From assembly GCA_016716365.1 (NCBI GenBank), contig JADJWM010000017.1, positions 258,401 to 322,400 of the forward strand: DNA of 64,000 nucleotides, given 5' to 3'. This document shows positions 45,895 to 56,080 of this stretch, piece after piece. This DNA comes from Chloracidobacterium sp. (lineage in GTDB: Bacteria > Acidobacteriota > Blastocatellia > Pyrinomonadales > Pyrinomonadaceae). How positions within the stretch are numbered: position 1 is the stretch's first letter; each line of letters starts with the position of its first letter. Below the pieces are notes generated by a model. The model saw nothing but the letters and a program-made list of their open reading frames with translations, searched no databases and was not told the DNA's origin. Position numbers and translations under genes: made by a program.

Positions 45895-46765
45895 GCGAAC
45901 ACGAGAGAGTCGACCAAGTTCAGGAGTGGTGGGCGTCGAACCCGATGACCTATGGAAGCGTTCACGGACGGCTCGATTATGCTGACGGTGAGTACCAACT
46001 TGGGAGCCTTGAATTTTTTGACCGCGTTGACCGTGAATTTTATAGCTGGACCAAACAGATGCACTCCGAACGGCCCTTTGACCGGTTGTTCCCCTATAAA
46101 AAGTATGCGAACCAAGGCCGTGTTCTCGAGGTCGGCTGCGGCTTGGGAACGATGGCGATGAATTGGGCCAAGAATGGAGCGAATGTAACTGCGGTCGACC
46201 TGAATAACACCTCCGTTGAACAGACAACCAGACGATTTGAGCTTCACAAACTGAACGGCGAAGTTCGGATAGCCGACGCGCGAAACCTTCCTTTCGAAGA
46301 CGGGACTTTTGATTACGGCTACTCGTGGGGTGTCTTGCACCATTCACCGGACCTGCGTGGATCGATCGATGAACTAATTCGAGTAGTAAAACCGGGGGGC
46401 GGATTCGGGATCATGCTGTACAACCGGAACTCGATATTATACCGATACATTATCCAGTATATTGAGGGCTTTTTGCATTACGAAAACCGTTTCCTTGGCC
46501 CCTGGAACTAGCGAGCCGGTATGGTGACGGCGATCGCGATGAGGGCAATCCGCACACCTGGCCGATCACCAGCACGGAGGCCCACGAAATGCTCGACCGG
46601 CACAGCAAAGACACCGAGGTCAGGCGGTTCGGAAACGATCTCGACGGGAATCTTCGTTTCATGCTGCCTTTTGTCGCCAAATACCTGCCGTTGTCGGTCT
46701 ATAAATCGTGGGGCAGGCGTTACGGCTGGGGCCTTTGGATCACTGGCACCAAATCCCCGGCCTAG
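45891..46765 (+). pseudogene. Class I SAM-dependent methyltransferase with an apparent frame break (or sequencing error)
   Basis: Motif I VLEVGCGLGTMA. Frame A ends ...ENRFLGPWN* at 46509-46511. The frame starting one nt earlier is open from 46466 and reads ...LELASRYGDGDRDEGNPHTWPITSTEAHEML... to TAG 46763-46765. Confidence 0.55.
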
Positions 46766-46793
46766 GCCGGAAACAGATCAACGCACACAGGTC

Positions 46794-47180
46794 TTATTTA
46801 AGCCTCTCCAAAACACCTTTTCGCTTTACGATGTTCTTATGATCCCATTTGATCATTTTTGACTTCTTTACCCAGCGTTTGAGGTCTTTTGCGCTTATCT
46901 GGTCCACGGCAGTGTAAGTTATCGAGGCGTCTTTGAATTTGCCGGTTCCTGAGTTCGATAGATCTTCGTTAAAACTCGCACCGCTCCAGAACATAAGCCG
47001 GATACCCGCCTTTAGCTTGCTATAACCGACGATCGGATTGCCGTAAAAAAAGACCGGATGCCGGTGCCAGATCTTGCTTTCGGCCTCGGACAATCCGCGG
47101 CTGATCTCGGCGGCAAGCAGGACCCGATCGCCCTGGACCACGACGACCCCGACGCCGGGGATGTCCGGCAGCTTCGCCAT
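46794..47180 (-). CDS. Chimeric DUF1801-like ORF (5' end derived from a copy of the serine hydrolase gene)
   Basis: Residues 3-24 (KLPDIPGVGVVVVQGDRVLLA) equal residues of the 47220-48749 product. The rest is paralogous to the 49826-50230 product (AEISRGL.EAESKIWHRHPV...). Confidence 0.6.
   Translation of the reverse strand: MAKLPDIPGVGVVVVQGDRVLLAAEISRGLSEAESKIWHRHPVFFYGNPIVGYSKLKAGIRLMFWSGASFNEDLSNSGTGKFKDASITYTAVDQISAKDLKRWVKKSKMIKWDHKNIVKRKGVLERLK
47112..47178. repeat. Direct repeat copy A (~67 bp)
   Basis: AGCAGGACCCGATCGCCCTG.AC.ACGACGACCCCGACGCCGGGGATGTCCGGCAG... repeated exactly 1440 bp away with about 7 mismatches. Confidence 0.85.
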
Positions 47181-47219
47181 CGTCGCCGGTCAAACGCTGT
47201 CTGATCGAGGTCTGAACCT

Positions 47220-48749
47220 TCAGCTCTTTCTTTTGAACACGGCGCCCAGGTAAGTCAGGGATTCGACCTTTTCATCGGCACCGAGCGCGAACTTTATGAC
47301 CTCGCCCGTGCCGGGGATCAGCTCCACACGGATCGTTTCTTTATCTGTAAACGCGGTCGCCGTGCATTTCATATTGCCAAGGCTGACGATCAGGTCCTTT
47401 CCGTCGCTGGCGACCTTCATTGTTCCGAACAGGTCATTCTCAAAGATGCCTGCGTATTCCGCTGACGGTTTGGTCAACTGCCACGGCCGCTTGGCCCTTT
47501 CGGCAAATCCGTCCATGAAACGCTTCTTGCCATTTTCGAATGACGTGGAAAGGTCCTCCAGCCGCTTAGCGTACTCGCCGTCGACATTGGCACCGGTCAA
47601 TAAACTATCGTAAGCGTAGGTGGCGATCAGGTCGGCCGCCATCCCGCCGGCCGCTCCGTCGTTGACCAGGACCGCGACGCCGACCTTTCGATCGGGCAAA
47701 AACGACACGTGAGCACGATAGCCCGGGAAGCCGCCGTGATGATAGATGACCTTTTCGTCTTTGTACTTGCCGATCTGCCAACCCAGGCCGTATTCGCCAT
47801 TGCCCGAGAAAGGCGGAGCATCGCGAGTGGTCGTCGTGTAACCCTTGTGAACAGCCCGGATGATCTCGGCCGGAATTACCTGCTTGCCGTCGAGCCTGCC
47901 GTCGTTCATGTTCATCAACAGCCAGCGCCCGATGTCGGACGCGCTCGTGAACATCCCGCCGGCTGACTGCATATTGCTGTCGGTCTTTGGTAGAGGAGAA
48001 CGCGTGCTGCGGCCGGTGATCGGGTCGATTATATACGGGGCCGCGACGCTCCATTTCTTCGACTTCGCCCGCGAGATATAAGCGGTCGTATGCTTCATTT
48101 TTAGCGGGTCGAAGATCCGTTCCTGCAAAAGGTCCTGCCAGCGTTTATTGAGGTGGTCCTGAAGGAGCACTGCATAGATGTTATAGCCAAGGTTCGTATA
48201 AGAGTACTTACCATACGCGCCGTCGTTGAACGATGTCCCATCGGCAAACACCTTTGCCATGTCCTTGGGGTCACTCTGCCCTGAATATGCCATCCGAAAG
48301 CCCAGCGCGCTGTTCCTCAGGCCGCTGGTGTGAATAAGCAGGTCGCGGATCGTGACCTGGTCCGGGACGGACTGCTTCATGCTAAAACCCGAAGTGTATT
48401 TCGATACCGGATCTTCGAGCTTGATCTTACCTTCGCGATCCAAAAGTGCCGCCGCTAGCCCTGTGAAGGATTTGGTCGAAGACGCAATGTAAAACATCGT
48501 ATCGGCATCGGCTTTTGTGCCCGCCTCGCGGTCGGCCATGCCATAACCGCGGGCTAGCAGGACCCGATCGCCCTGAACAACGACGACCCCGACGCCGGGG
48601 ATGTCCGGCAGTTTGGTCAAAATGTCGCGGACGAACGCGTCGAGGTCCGTTGTGAACTGCGGCTCCGATCGTCCGCCCGTTGTCTGCCCGAACGCAACGG
48701 CCGAATTCAGAAGGAAGGCAATGAGCGCAAGCGTATAGACCTTTCTCAT
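47220..48749 (-). CDS. Secreted serine hydrolase / beta-lactamase-family (class C-like) protein
   Basis: Signal peptide. SxxK (ASSTKSF), YTN, HHGG motifs. Confidence 0.9.
   Translation of the reverse strand: MRKVYTLALIAFLLNSAVAFGQTTGGRSEPQFTTDLDAFVRDILTKLPDIPGVGVVVVQGDRVLLARGYGMADREAGTKADADTMFYIASSTKSFTGLAAALLDREGKIKLEDPVSKYTSGFSMKQSVPDQVTIRDLLIHTSGLRNSALGFRMAYSGQSDPKDMAKVFADGTSFNDGAYGKYSYTNLGYNIYAVLLQDHLNKRWQDLLQERIFDPLKMKHTTAYISRAKSKKWSVAAPYIIDPITGRSTRSPLPKTDSNMQSAGGMFTSASDIGRWLLMNMNDGRLDGKQVIPAEIIRAVHKGYTTTTRDAPPFSGNGEYGLGWQIGKYKDEKVIYHHGGFPGYRAHVSFLPDRKVGVAVLVNDGAAGGMAADLIATYAYDSLLTGANVDGEYAKRLEDLSTSFENGKKRFMDGFAERAKRPWQLTKPSAEYAGIFENDLFGTMKVASDGKDLIVSLGNMKCTATAFTDKETIRVELIPGTGEVIKFALGADEKVESLTYLGAVFKRKS
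48552..48618. repeat. Direct repeat copy B (~67 bp, inside the serine hydrolase gene)
   Basis: See copy A. Confidence 0.85.
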
Positions 48750-48859
48750 ATCACACTCCGAATGTTGGATTTTCTTTTGCGAATCGGATACGCCTGCCGA
48801 ATGCCGAATGTTCCGCGAAACCCGCGGGGTTACGTTCGCATTGTAGACCGGACCAGGGG

Positions 48860-49663
48860 CTATTTTTCGACCTGTTCGGCCTTTAGTCGGTACTCGTCAG
48901 CTTTTGATCTGTTGCCGGCAAGCGAATGCACCTCGCTAATGTACCGGTAAAATCGGGCGAGGTCCTTGTGCCCGGGACCGAGCTGGGCGACCTTATTGAC
49001 AAGGGCCTTTTCGAAATACTCAAGCGACAGTTTGTATTCCTTTTTGTCGCGATAGGCATTACCGAGGCCTCGATACGATTCAACTATCTCGGGCCCTTTT
49101 TCACCGAACACCTTCGCCCTGATCTCCATCGCCAATTTGTGGGCCTCAATGGCTGTGTCGTAGTCCTTGTTTCGCAGGTGAACGTTACCGATATTGCCGT
49201 AGCTTGTGGCGACATTAGAGTCGAACTTGCCCAGCTTGGCGAGCCGAATTTCGAGAGCCTTCTTATGAGAGGCCAGCGATCTTTCATACTCGCCTTCCGC
49301 CGAGTACACAACGCCAAGCGCGAGAAAGGTCGAGGCAACGGTCAGGTCATTGGGCCCGAGCGAATCAAGCCCTGCCTTCAGGGCTTTGTCGAGATAGGTT
49401 CGAGCTTTTTCGTACTTATCCTGCCTTGTCAGGATGACGCCGATCTGGTTGTAAGAGTATACAAACCGCTCAATATTGCCGGAGTTCTCAAAGCCCTGGG
49501 CCGCCTTTTCGTAATTAGCGATCGCATCGTCCTGTTTCGCTTTCTTGTAGAGGTCGTCTGCCGCCTTCAGGTAATCGTTTGCGCTCGGCCCGTTCTGTGC
49601 GGAGGCAAGGGTACCCATCGAAAACAGAAACACCGCAAAGAGGGTGATGTTCTTTAGCTTCAT
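48860..49663 (-). CDS. Secreted tetratricopeptide-repeat protein
   Basis: Signal peptide. Serial 42-aa TPR-like units (A.SY..IG.VY....Y..A...). Confidence 0.85.
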   Translation of the reverse strand: MKLKNITLFAVFLFSMGTLASAQNGPSANDYLKAADDLYKKAKQDDAIANYEKAAQGFENSGNIERFVYSYNQIGVILTRQDKYEKARTYLDKALKAGLDSLGPNDLTVASTFLALGVVYSAEGEYERSLASHKKALEIRLAKLGKFDSNVATSYGNIGNVHLRNKDYDTAIEAHKLAMEIRAKVFGEKGPEIVESYRGLGNAYRDKKEYKLSLEYFEKALVNKVAQLGPGHKDLARFYRYISEVHSLAGNRSKADEYRLKAEQVEK

Positions 49664-49825
49664 GACCTGATCCTCCAGTGCACGCTGCTAGGTACGCGGG
49701 TTTAGGAGAATTGGTTTCTGAAAGCGACGGCGGTGGTGACGCGATCGGCGTTCCTCATCATCAGTTGGGATCCGTTCATTTGCCGCCTGAGAAAGGATAC
49801 GAATGGCGTTTGGGCGATAGGAGGT

Positions 49826-50230
49826 CTATTTCAGCCGTTCGAGAACGCCCTTCCGCTTCATAATGTTTTTGTAGTCCCACTGGATATCGCGGGCCTTTTC
49901 GAGCCAGCGGGCGAGGTCTTTCTTTTTGATCTTTTCGGCCGCGGTGTAGGTGGCGGATGCGTCCTTGAACTTGCCGGTGCCCGGTATCAGCATCTCCTCA
50001 TCAAAACTCGCACCGCTCCAGAACATCAGCCGGATGCCTGCCTTCAGCTTGCTGTAGCCGACGATCGGATTGCCGTCCAGAAACCAGACCGGGTGCCGGT
50101 GCCAGATCTTGCTCTCGGCCTCGGGCAGGCCGCGGCTGATCTCGGCGGCAAGCCGGTCGCAGATCGCCGTATCCTCTGGGGTCAGGCCTTCGTTATAGGC
50201 CTTGATATCCGGATGGTATTTTCCGCTCAT
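49826..50230 (-). CDS. DUF1801 domain protein (intact paralogue)
   Basis: ICDRLAAEISRGLPEAESKIWHRHPVWFLDGNPIVGYSKLKAGIRLMFWSG. Confidence 0.75.
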   Translation of the reverse strand: MSGKYHPDIKAYNEGLTPEDTAICDRLAAEISRGLPEAESKIWHRHPVWFLDGNPIVGYSKLKAGIRLMFWSGASFDEEMLIPGTGKFKDASATYTAAEKIKKKDLARWLEKARDIQWDYKNIMKRKGVLERLK

Positions 50231-50664
50231 TTCGAGGATCTCTTTTTTCCTTTCGTCGCCGCCTGCTTCTCCGTCGTCTTGCCATCGAAGTCTTCGTCAT
50301 CCTTTTCCGCCTGCTCTTTGGTCTTGTGGATGATCCCGTCCTTGTGATGGGGCGGCGAGTAGATAGTGTAAAGTTTCAGCTCCGTATCTTCAGAGGTATT
50401 GACAACATTGTGCTTCGCTCCGGCCGGGATCACCACCGCGTCGCCGTCTTTTACCAGGTACTTATTCCCGTCGATGGTGACGCGGCCCGTGCCGCCCTCG
50501 AACCTCAGGAACTGATCGTTCTCAGGATGCGTCTCCGCCCCGATCTCTTCCTTCGGCTTAAGGCTCATCACGACTAGCTGGCTGTTCTTGCCCGTATAAA
50601 GCACCTTGCGGAAATTCTTGTTCTTAAGCGTGTCCTTTTCGATATTCGATTTGAATCCTTTCAT
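50227..50664 (-). CDS. Cupin-domain protein
   Basis: Cupin_2-like GAETHPENDQFLRFEGGTGRVTIDG....GDAVVIPAGAKHNV. Confidence 0.8.
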   Translation of the reverse strand: MKGFKSNIEKDTLKNKNFRKVLYTGKNSQLVVMSLKPKEEIGAETHPENDQFLRFEGGTGRVTIDGNKYLVKDGDAVVIPAGAKHNVVNTSEDTELKLYTIYSPPHHKDGIIHKTKEQAEKDDEDFDGKTTEKQAATKGKKRSSK

Positions 50665-50688
50665 GATTGTCTCCCTTGGTGTCGTTAC

Positions 50689-52305
50689 TTAGTTCCATGC
50701 GACCTGGCTTCGGAGGCGCATCACGGCACGGTCATGCCCGATGACCTCAAACACCGACAGCATCGAAGGGCCGACGGCGGTGCCGGTCAACAGCGTCCGG
50801 GCGCCGTTCATTATTACGCCGAGCTTGGTGCCTTTTTCTTCGGTGAAGGCTTTGACGACGGTCTCGATGTTTTCTTCGGTGTAGGCAAGCGATCTCGATC
50901 CGCCAAGAGGCACACTCCCTACCGGTCGTGTTTCCGCTTGGAATTCCGCCTCGAATCGATCGGCCAGCTCGGGCAGCCATTCGCGGAGCTCGGGGAACTT
51001 CGTCAGGTTCTTGGCGACGGCTGCGGGGTCGAAGTCGAAATCTTCGCTGAAGTAAGCCCGGCCCTGCGAAGAGAAATCATTCAGCGTGAAGAACCGCTGC
51101 CGGATCAGATCGACAGTGTGCAGGTACCATTCGTACGAACCGATCTCTCGAGGGAGAACCACCCCGTCCGCCGAGGCGGCGTCCACCCCTCCATCGTAAG
51201 GAGAGGTGCCTGCCTCGTCGTATTCTTCACGCCATAACTTGTTTGCCTTGAGTTCGGTCCGAACGTGAGGAAGAAGTTGTGCGAGCGGCATCGTGCGGAT
51301 GTACTCGGCGTTCATCCAGATCGCCTTGTCGTCGGTCCACTTTCGCGGGTCGTCTGGGTGAAAATTGAAGATCGCATTCGACCGGTGAATGCCGTCGAGC
51401 GAGAATTTCTCGATCAGCTCCTGCATCGAATAGATCTCTTTTTCCTCACCGGCGGACCAGCCCAATAGAGCAAGAAAATTCCTGAACGCCTCCGCCAGAA
51501 AACCCGCGTCGCGGTATGTCGTCATCGAAACGACCTCGCCATGCTTTCGTTTCGAGAGCTTGCCCTTGTTTGGGGCCATGATGAGCGGCAGATGGGCGAA
51601 TGTCGGCGGCGCCACGCCAAGCGCTTCATAGATGAGTATTTGCTTGTGGGTATTCGTCAGGTGGTCCTGCCCGCGGATAACGTGCGTTATCCCCATCTCG
51701 ATGTCGTCGCAAACGACCGCCAGATTGTAGAGCGGATGCCCGTCCGACCGCAGCAAGACAAGGTCTTCGGTATCGGCGTAATCGCGCTCCTGAATCCCGT
51801 AGACCTGGTCGTCGAATGCAGTTCGCCCGCTTTCGGGCACCTTCAGCCGTATCGCGAAGGGCTCACCGTTGGCGGCGCGTGTGTCGCTTTCGACGACCGA
51901 AAGTTCGCGGTACGGATTGTCCCGCATGTTCTTATCGGCCCCCTGCTCGCGTGCACGCTGCTTAATCGCCTCCTTCACGCTGCCGTCGCCCGCAGCCTCT
52001 TTCGGCGTAAAATCACGATAAGCCTTCCCCTCGGCCAGCAGCCGGTTTGCAGCTTCGCGATGCTTGTCGGCGTTGGCCGACTGGAAGACGATCTCCTCAT
52101 CCGGTGCAAAGCCCAGCCACGCGAGGCCGTCGATGATCGAGCGGGTCGATTCGTCGGTCGAACGAGCGAGGTCGGTGTCCTCTATGCGAAGAAGGAACTT
52201 GCCGCCAGTATTTCGGGCGAAAAGATAGTTAAACAGCGCGGTCCGGGCCGATCCGATATGAAGGTAACCCGTCGGCGAGGGCGCAAATCTGACTCTTACG
52301 GACAT
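50689..52305 (-). CDS. gltX: Glutamate--tRNA ligase
   Basis: RFAPSPTGYLHIGSARTALFNYLFAR (HIGH) and KLSKR (KMSKS). Confidence 0.95.
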   Translation of the reverse strand: MSVRVRFAPSPTGYLHIGSARTALFNYLFARNTGGKFLLRIEDTDLARSTDESTRSIIDGLAWLGFAPDEEIVFQSANADKHREAANRLLAEGKAYRDFTPKEAAGDGSVKEAIKQRAREQGADKNMRDNPYRELSVVESDTRAANGEPFAIRLKVPESGRTAFDDQVYGIQERDYADTEDLVLLRSDGHPLYNLAVVCDDIEMGITHVIRGQDHLTNTHKQILIYEALGVAPPTFAHLPLIMAPNKGKLSKRKHGEVVSMTTYRDAGFLAEAFRNFLALLGWSAGEEKEIYSMQELIEKFSLDGIHRSNAIFNFHPDDPRKWTDDKAIWMNAEYIRTMPLAQLLPHVRTELKANKLWREEYDEAGTSPYDGGVDAASADGVVLPREIGSYEWYLHTVDLIRQRFFTLNDFSSQGRAYFSEDFDFDPAAVAKNLTKFPELREWLPELADRFEAEFQAETRPVGSVPLGGSRSLAYTEENIETVVKAFTEEKGTKLGVIMNGARTLLTGTAVGPSMLSVFEVIGHDRAVMRLRSQVAWN

Positions 52306-52405
52306 AAAGGGAGATTTTAAATGCGGTCAGGAAAAATAGCTAATAGCTGCGTACGTACAACTATTAGCTTTGGGTTAAGACAACGGTCAACCACGGGGAT
52401 CAGGC

Positions 52406-52945
52406 TCACGCCGGCTCGGCGGGCAGAACCTCTCGCTTTCGCAGGAGAGCCGCACTAACCAGCGTTACGATCACGCCCACCGGCAGTATCTCCATCAGCG
52501 TCATTCCGAAGCGGACGAAGAAGTTATTGTAAAGTGCCATGAACTGCTCGCCCTCGGCACGGGCCTTATCAATGTCCGTTTCGGACGCGCCGTCCTGCTT
52601 CATCTTATCGAGATAATAGACCGTATATTTTTGGATGAATTCCTGGCCGAGCCCGGTCCGGTGATACACCTCCCAGGTGGCGGCGTAACAGACGGCGGAG
52701 ATCAGGCTGATCAGGATGCCGACCTGGACGCCTTTCAGGAAAGTGATCTGGCCTCCGTACGTATCGCGATAGGATTTGACGCCGAAAAAGACGAGCGACA
52801 GGGCGACGATCATCGTCGCATAGCCCCATGTTACCCCGCTGTCGAAGCTGATCGATCCATTCTTCACGAACGTGACCAGGATCCACATCAGGGCTCCGGC
52901 GATCACACCTGAGATCAGCCCGTAAACGATCACTACTCTTCGCAT
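52406..52945 (-). CDS. DUF4199-like membrane protein
   Basis: Four TM segments and a central amphipathic region typical of DUF4199. Confidence 0.65.
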   Translation of the reverse strand: MRRVVIVYGLISGVIAGALMWILVTFVKNGSISFDSGVTWGYATMIVALSLVFFGVKSYRDTYGGQITFLKGVQVGILISLISAVCYAATWEVYHRTGLGQEFIQKYTVYYLDKMKQDGASETDIDKARAEGEQFMALYNNFFVRFGMTLMEILPVGVIVTLVSAALLRKREVLPAEPA

Positions 52946-52961
52946 AGTTACCTCCGCTTTT

Positions 52962-53372
52962 CTAGGATCGGCCGCTCAGTTTCCACCCGAGCAAGGCCAT
53001 CGGAATATAGGCGATCAGAAGATCGACCGCAACGAACCACGCCGGCGCGGGTATCATTAACGCGGCGGCGACACCGCCAGAAAGAAATAGCACACCTATG
53101 ATCAACGCCAGCACCATCCTTCGGCTGACGCCTAAAAGCGAGGCGATCAACGCCCCGACCAAAGTCCCGGCAGCATGTGCAATAAACGGAAAGATGAAAT
53201 GTTTCGCCTCAAACAAGTGAGCTGAGGCCTTGATGCTCTCCGGGTCCATTGGGTTAACGCCCGCCGGCGCAGGTACCAGCATGCCACCCGCGACGACCAG
53301 GGCCATATTAGCGATACCGCCGGCGATCCACCCGGCGATAACAGCAAGAATGTTCCGCAAAATTGGATTCAT
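52962..53372 (-). CDS. Small integral membrane protein
   Basis: ATG at 53372 after AAGGAGA. Four hydrophobic helices. Confidence 0.55.
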   Translation of the reverse strand: MNPILRNILAVIAGWIAGGIANMALVVAGGMLVPAPAGVNPMDPESIKASAHLFEAKHFIFPFIAHAAGTLVGALIASLLGVSRRMVLALIIGVLFLSGGVAAALMIPAPAWFVAVDLLIAYIPMALLGWKLSGRS

Positions 53373-53494
53373 TTGTTCTCCTTGATTCGGTCTGAATTTT
53401 GAATTCGACGGAAATTCTACGCGAATCGGATCGAGGATGAACATCGGGCAAAAGTATGATTTTCGCCGATATCGGCCAAAATCGTACCAAAGTG

Positions 53495-53935
53495 CTAGGG
53501 AAGGAGGCCCAATTCTTTGGCTTTCTGTATCGCCTGAGTACGGCGGCTGGCGTCCAATTTTAGAAAAAGATTCGATGTATGTGTCTTGACGGTGCTGGTG
53601 GAAACGAAAAGGCGGTCGGCTATCTCCTGATTGGAAAGTCCTTCGGCTATCAATCCCAATACCTCAAACTCTCTTTTGGTGACCCCGCTCTTTTTTAGGG
53701 TAGCCTCGTCGGGTGGAAAAACGGGTGCGGCCGGCGGCGGATCGGGCAACGCCGGACGAGAGGTCAAACGACGACCCACCCAGATGCCGAGTCCGACAAA
53801 AACAAGAGCGACGACCCCAATGTAAATTTCCAGCGAGAGATCGCGTACAAAATAGCTGTATTCGACGAACTTTAAGAGCGCGATCAGGCCCGCCATCGCG
53901 ACGCCGTAAAGAATAATGCTTGTTCGAAGCCGCAT
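53495..53935 (-). CDS. Membrane-anchored LuxR-family HTH regulator
   Basis: Two N-terminal TM helices. C-terminal TKREFEVLGLIAEGLSNQEIADRLFVSTSTVKTHTSNLFLKL. Confidence 0.8.
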   Translation of the reverse strand: MRLRTSIILYGVAMAGLIALLKFVEYSYFVRDLSLEIYIGVVALVFVGLGIWVGRRLTSRPALPDPPPAAPVFPPDEATLKKSGVTKREFEVLGLIAEGLSNQEIADRLFVSTSTVKTHTSNLFLKLDASRRTQAIQKAKELGLLP

Positions 53936-54013
53936 TTGACCGGGGTGCCGGCGAGGAACGCCTTATAAACACGAAAAGCCATCAAACTCAAGATTTGACA
54001 GCTTCAATAATTA

Positions 54014-54104
54014 TGGCGGAGACGACAGGATTCGAACCTGTGAAGGGCTTTTGACCCTTAACGATTTAGCAAACCGCCGCTTTCAGCCGCTCAGCCACGT
54101 CTCC
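54014..54104 (-). tRNA. tRNA-Ser (anticodon GCU)
   Basis: Hand-folded: acceptor GGAGACG/CGTCTCC, anticodon loop TTGCTAA, long variable arm, T-arm ACAGG-TTCGAAT-CCTGT, discriminator G, encoded CCA. Confidence 0.9.
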
Positions 54105-54331
54105 TCACGCATCTTTTCGCCGCGGGCTGTATGCCTGTCGGCGAAGACCTTTTATTCTAGCCCAAGGGCAAACTTTGTCAAGTTCAACGCATCGAAACGG
54201 CTAAGCACAGGCGTCCTCGAAACGCTTGACAGTGTTGCATAATATCTGGAAAATAGGTGAGTTGTTCGAAAAGTCCCCACGTTTAAGGGCCTTTATTGAA
54301 ACAATTCGCTCAGCGTGATCCGCAGCAGGCA

Positions 54332-56080
54332 ATGTTCGAATTAAAGATCCGCAAAACTCTGACCGCCTCGACACTTTTGCTGGCCGTTTCGGTCTCCTCG
54401 GTTTCAGCGATCGAGCCGTCACCCGCGAAGCGCGAAGCAGTACCGGCCCCGGCTGCCTCCAATCTGGCGATCATCAAGGGCTTTGTAAAGGACCAAACGG
54501 GCAGCCCGATCGCGGATGCCACCGTCGCGATCTTTCGCGTCGGAACGACCAAGCTCCTTAAGCAGGTGCGTTCCTCGTCGGACGGAGCGTTCCTGGCCCG
54601 GATACTTCCCGGAAAATACACGGTCCTGGCGGTCGCTGAAGGATTTAACCCGGTCACACTCGCGGCGATCGATGTCGGCCGTGCAAGTCAGCTTAACTAC
54701 GGTTTCAAACTCGAGCGTGCGGGTTCGGGCAACACACTCCCCGAAAAGAAGCTCGACAGGAACAATCCTAAATGGATCATCCGCTCGGCCCAGACTAGCC
54801 GAAGCATTTATCAGAATTCCGAGGGCAAACTTCCGCCTGATGCGGATAAGCATGTCGAGATCAGTGTCGACGCCCCGGCTCTAGAGGAAGAACGCTTTGG
54901 CCGGCCGGCCCAGACCGTTGTCGAAACCTATTTTGCATCTTCAGAGCGAGGCCCGTATACCGGCATCAATGCCGCGACGGTGATCCCGCTGGCGGAGAAT
55001 ATCGAGGTCGTACTTGCAGGGCAAACAGGCCTTGGCCAGGCGCCGCAGCGTTTCGACACCCAGCTTAAGATCCGTCCTTCTGAGCTCCATCAGCTTCGGA
55101 TCAACACATCATTCGCAAACTTTGGCGGTCTGGAACTTCCCTCGGGAGAAAGGGGGTTGTCTCAGGTCTCGCTTCAGGCGACCGATGAATGGAACGTGCG
55201 CGAAGGATTGATCGTGGTTTTCGGCGTCGATTACTCGCGTTTCATAGGTGCGGGAAGCGACGACGTCCTCAGCCCGCGGCTCGGGCTGCAATACGACATC
55301 GACTCGAAGACGCGCTTCCGGACCGCGTTTACCTCGATGACCGAGGACCGCACTTGGAGCAAAGCGATCGAATTTGAGAATGCCCAGGTCCTCTTCCGCG
55401 AACCCGCCTCCGTCGAGGATATCGTCATCGATTCGGGCAAGCCTGTGATGAACCGCAGCCGCCGTCTCGAATTCGGCGTAGAGAGGATCCTGGATAACAG
55501 ATCGAGCGTTGAGGCCAACGTGTTCTTTGATTCGGTCTTCGGACGCGGCGTCGGGATCGCCGGGAAGCCCTTCGACGCCATCGACCAGTCTGCTTTTCAG
55601 GAGGTGGTCGGTCATCAGCAGGGAAATGCCCGCGGCCTGCGGCTGGTCTATTCAAGGCGGTTGAACGGTTTGTTTTCAGCGGCTGCCGGCTACAGTTTCG
55701 GTGTCGGCCAGAAGTTGTCCGCAGACGGCATTTCAAGTCCATCCGAGCTCTTTCAGGACGATGCATTCCAATCGTTCTTCGGCCAGTTCGACGCGGTGCT
55801 GAGGAGCGGTACCAGCGTCAAGACGGTCTTCAAGCTGTCGCCCCAGGCGACCGTTTTCGCGATCGATCCGTTCCAGGGGAGATTGGCGATCTATGACCCG
55901 AGCCTTAGCGTTCTTGTCACACAGAATCTGCCGACGCTTGGGCTCCCGTTCCATGCCGAAGCGGTGGTAGACGCCCGTAACCTTTTCGGCTTTTCAACCA
56001 CGGCCTCCGGTGAGGAAGGAACGGTCCGTTTGAATTCTCACGGCCGCACTTTGCGTGGCGGTATTTTGGTCCGGTTTTGA
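54332..56080 (+). CDS. CarboxypepD_reg-domain outer-membrane beta-barrel protein
   Basis: Signal peptide. IIKGFVKDQTGSPIADATVAIF. C-terminal ...GGILVRF aromatic terminus. Confidence 0.75.
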   Translation: MFELKIRKTLTASTLLLAVSVSSVSAIEPSPAKREAVPAPAASNLAIIKGFVKDQTGSPIADATVAIFRVGTTKLLKQVRSSSDGAFLARILPGKYTVLAVAEGFNPVTLAAIDVGRASQLNYGFKLERAGSGNTLPEKKLDRNNPKWIIRSAQTSRSIYQNSEGKLPPDADKHVEISVDAPALEEERFGRPAQTVVETYFASSERGPYTGINAATVIPLAENIEVVLAGQTGLGQAPQRFDTQLKIRPSELHQLRINTSFANFGGLELPSGERGLSQVSLQATDEWNVREGLIVVFGVDYSRFIGAGSDDVLSPRLGLQYDIDSKTRFRTAFTSMTEDRTWSKAIEFENAQVLFREPASVEDIVIDSGKPVMNRSRRLEFGVERILDNRSSVEANVFFDSVFGRGVGIAGKPFDAIDQSAFQEVVGHQQGNARGLRLVYSRRLNGLFSAAAGYSFGVGQKLSADGISSPSELFQDDAFQSFFGQFDAVLRSGTSVKTVFKLSPQATVFAIDPFQGRLAIYDPSLSVLVTQNLPTLGLPFHAEAVVDARNLFGFSTTASGEEGTVRLNSHGRTLRGGILVRF

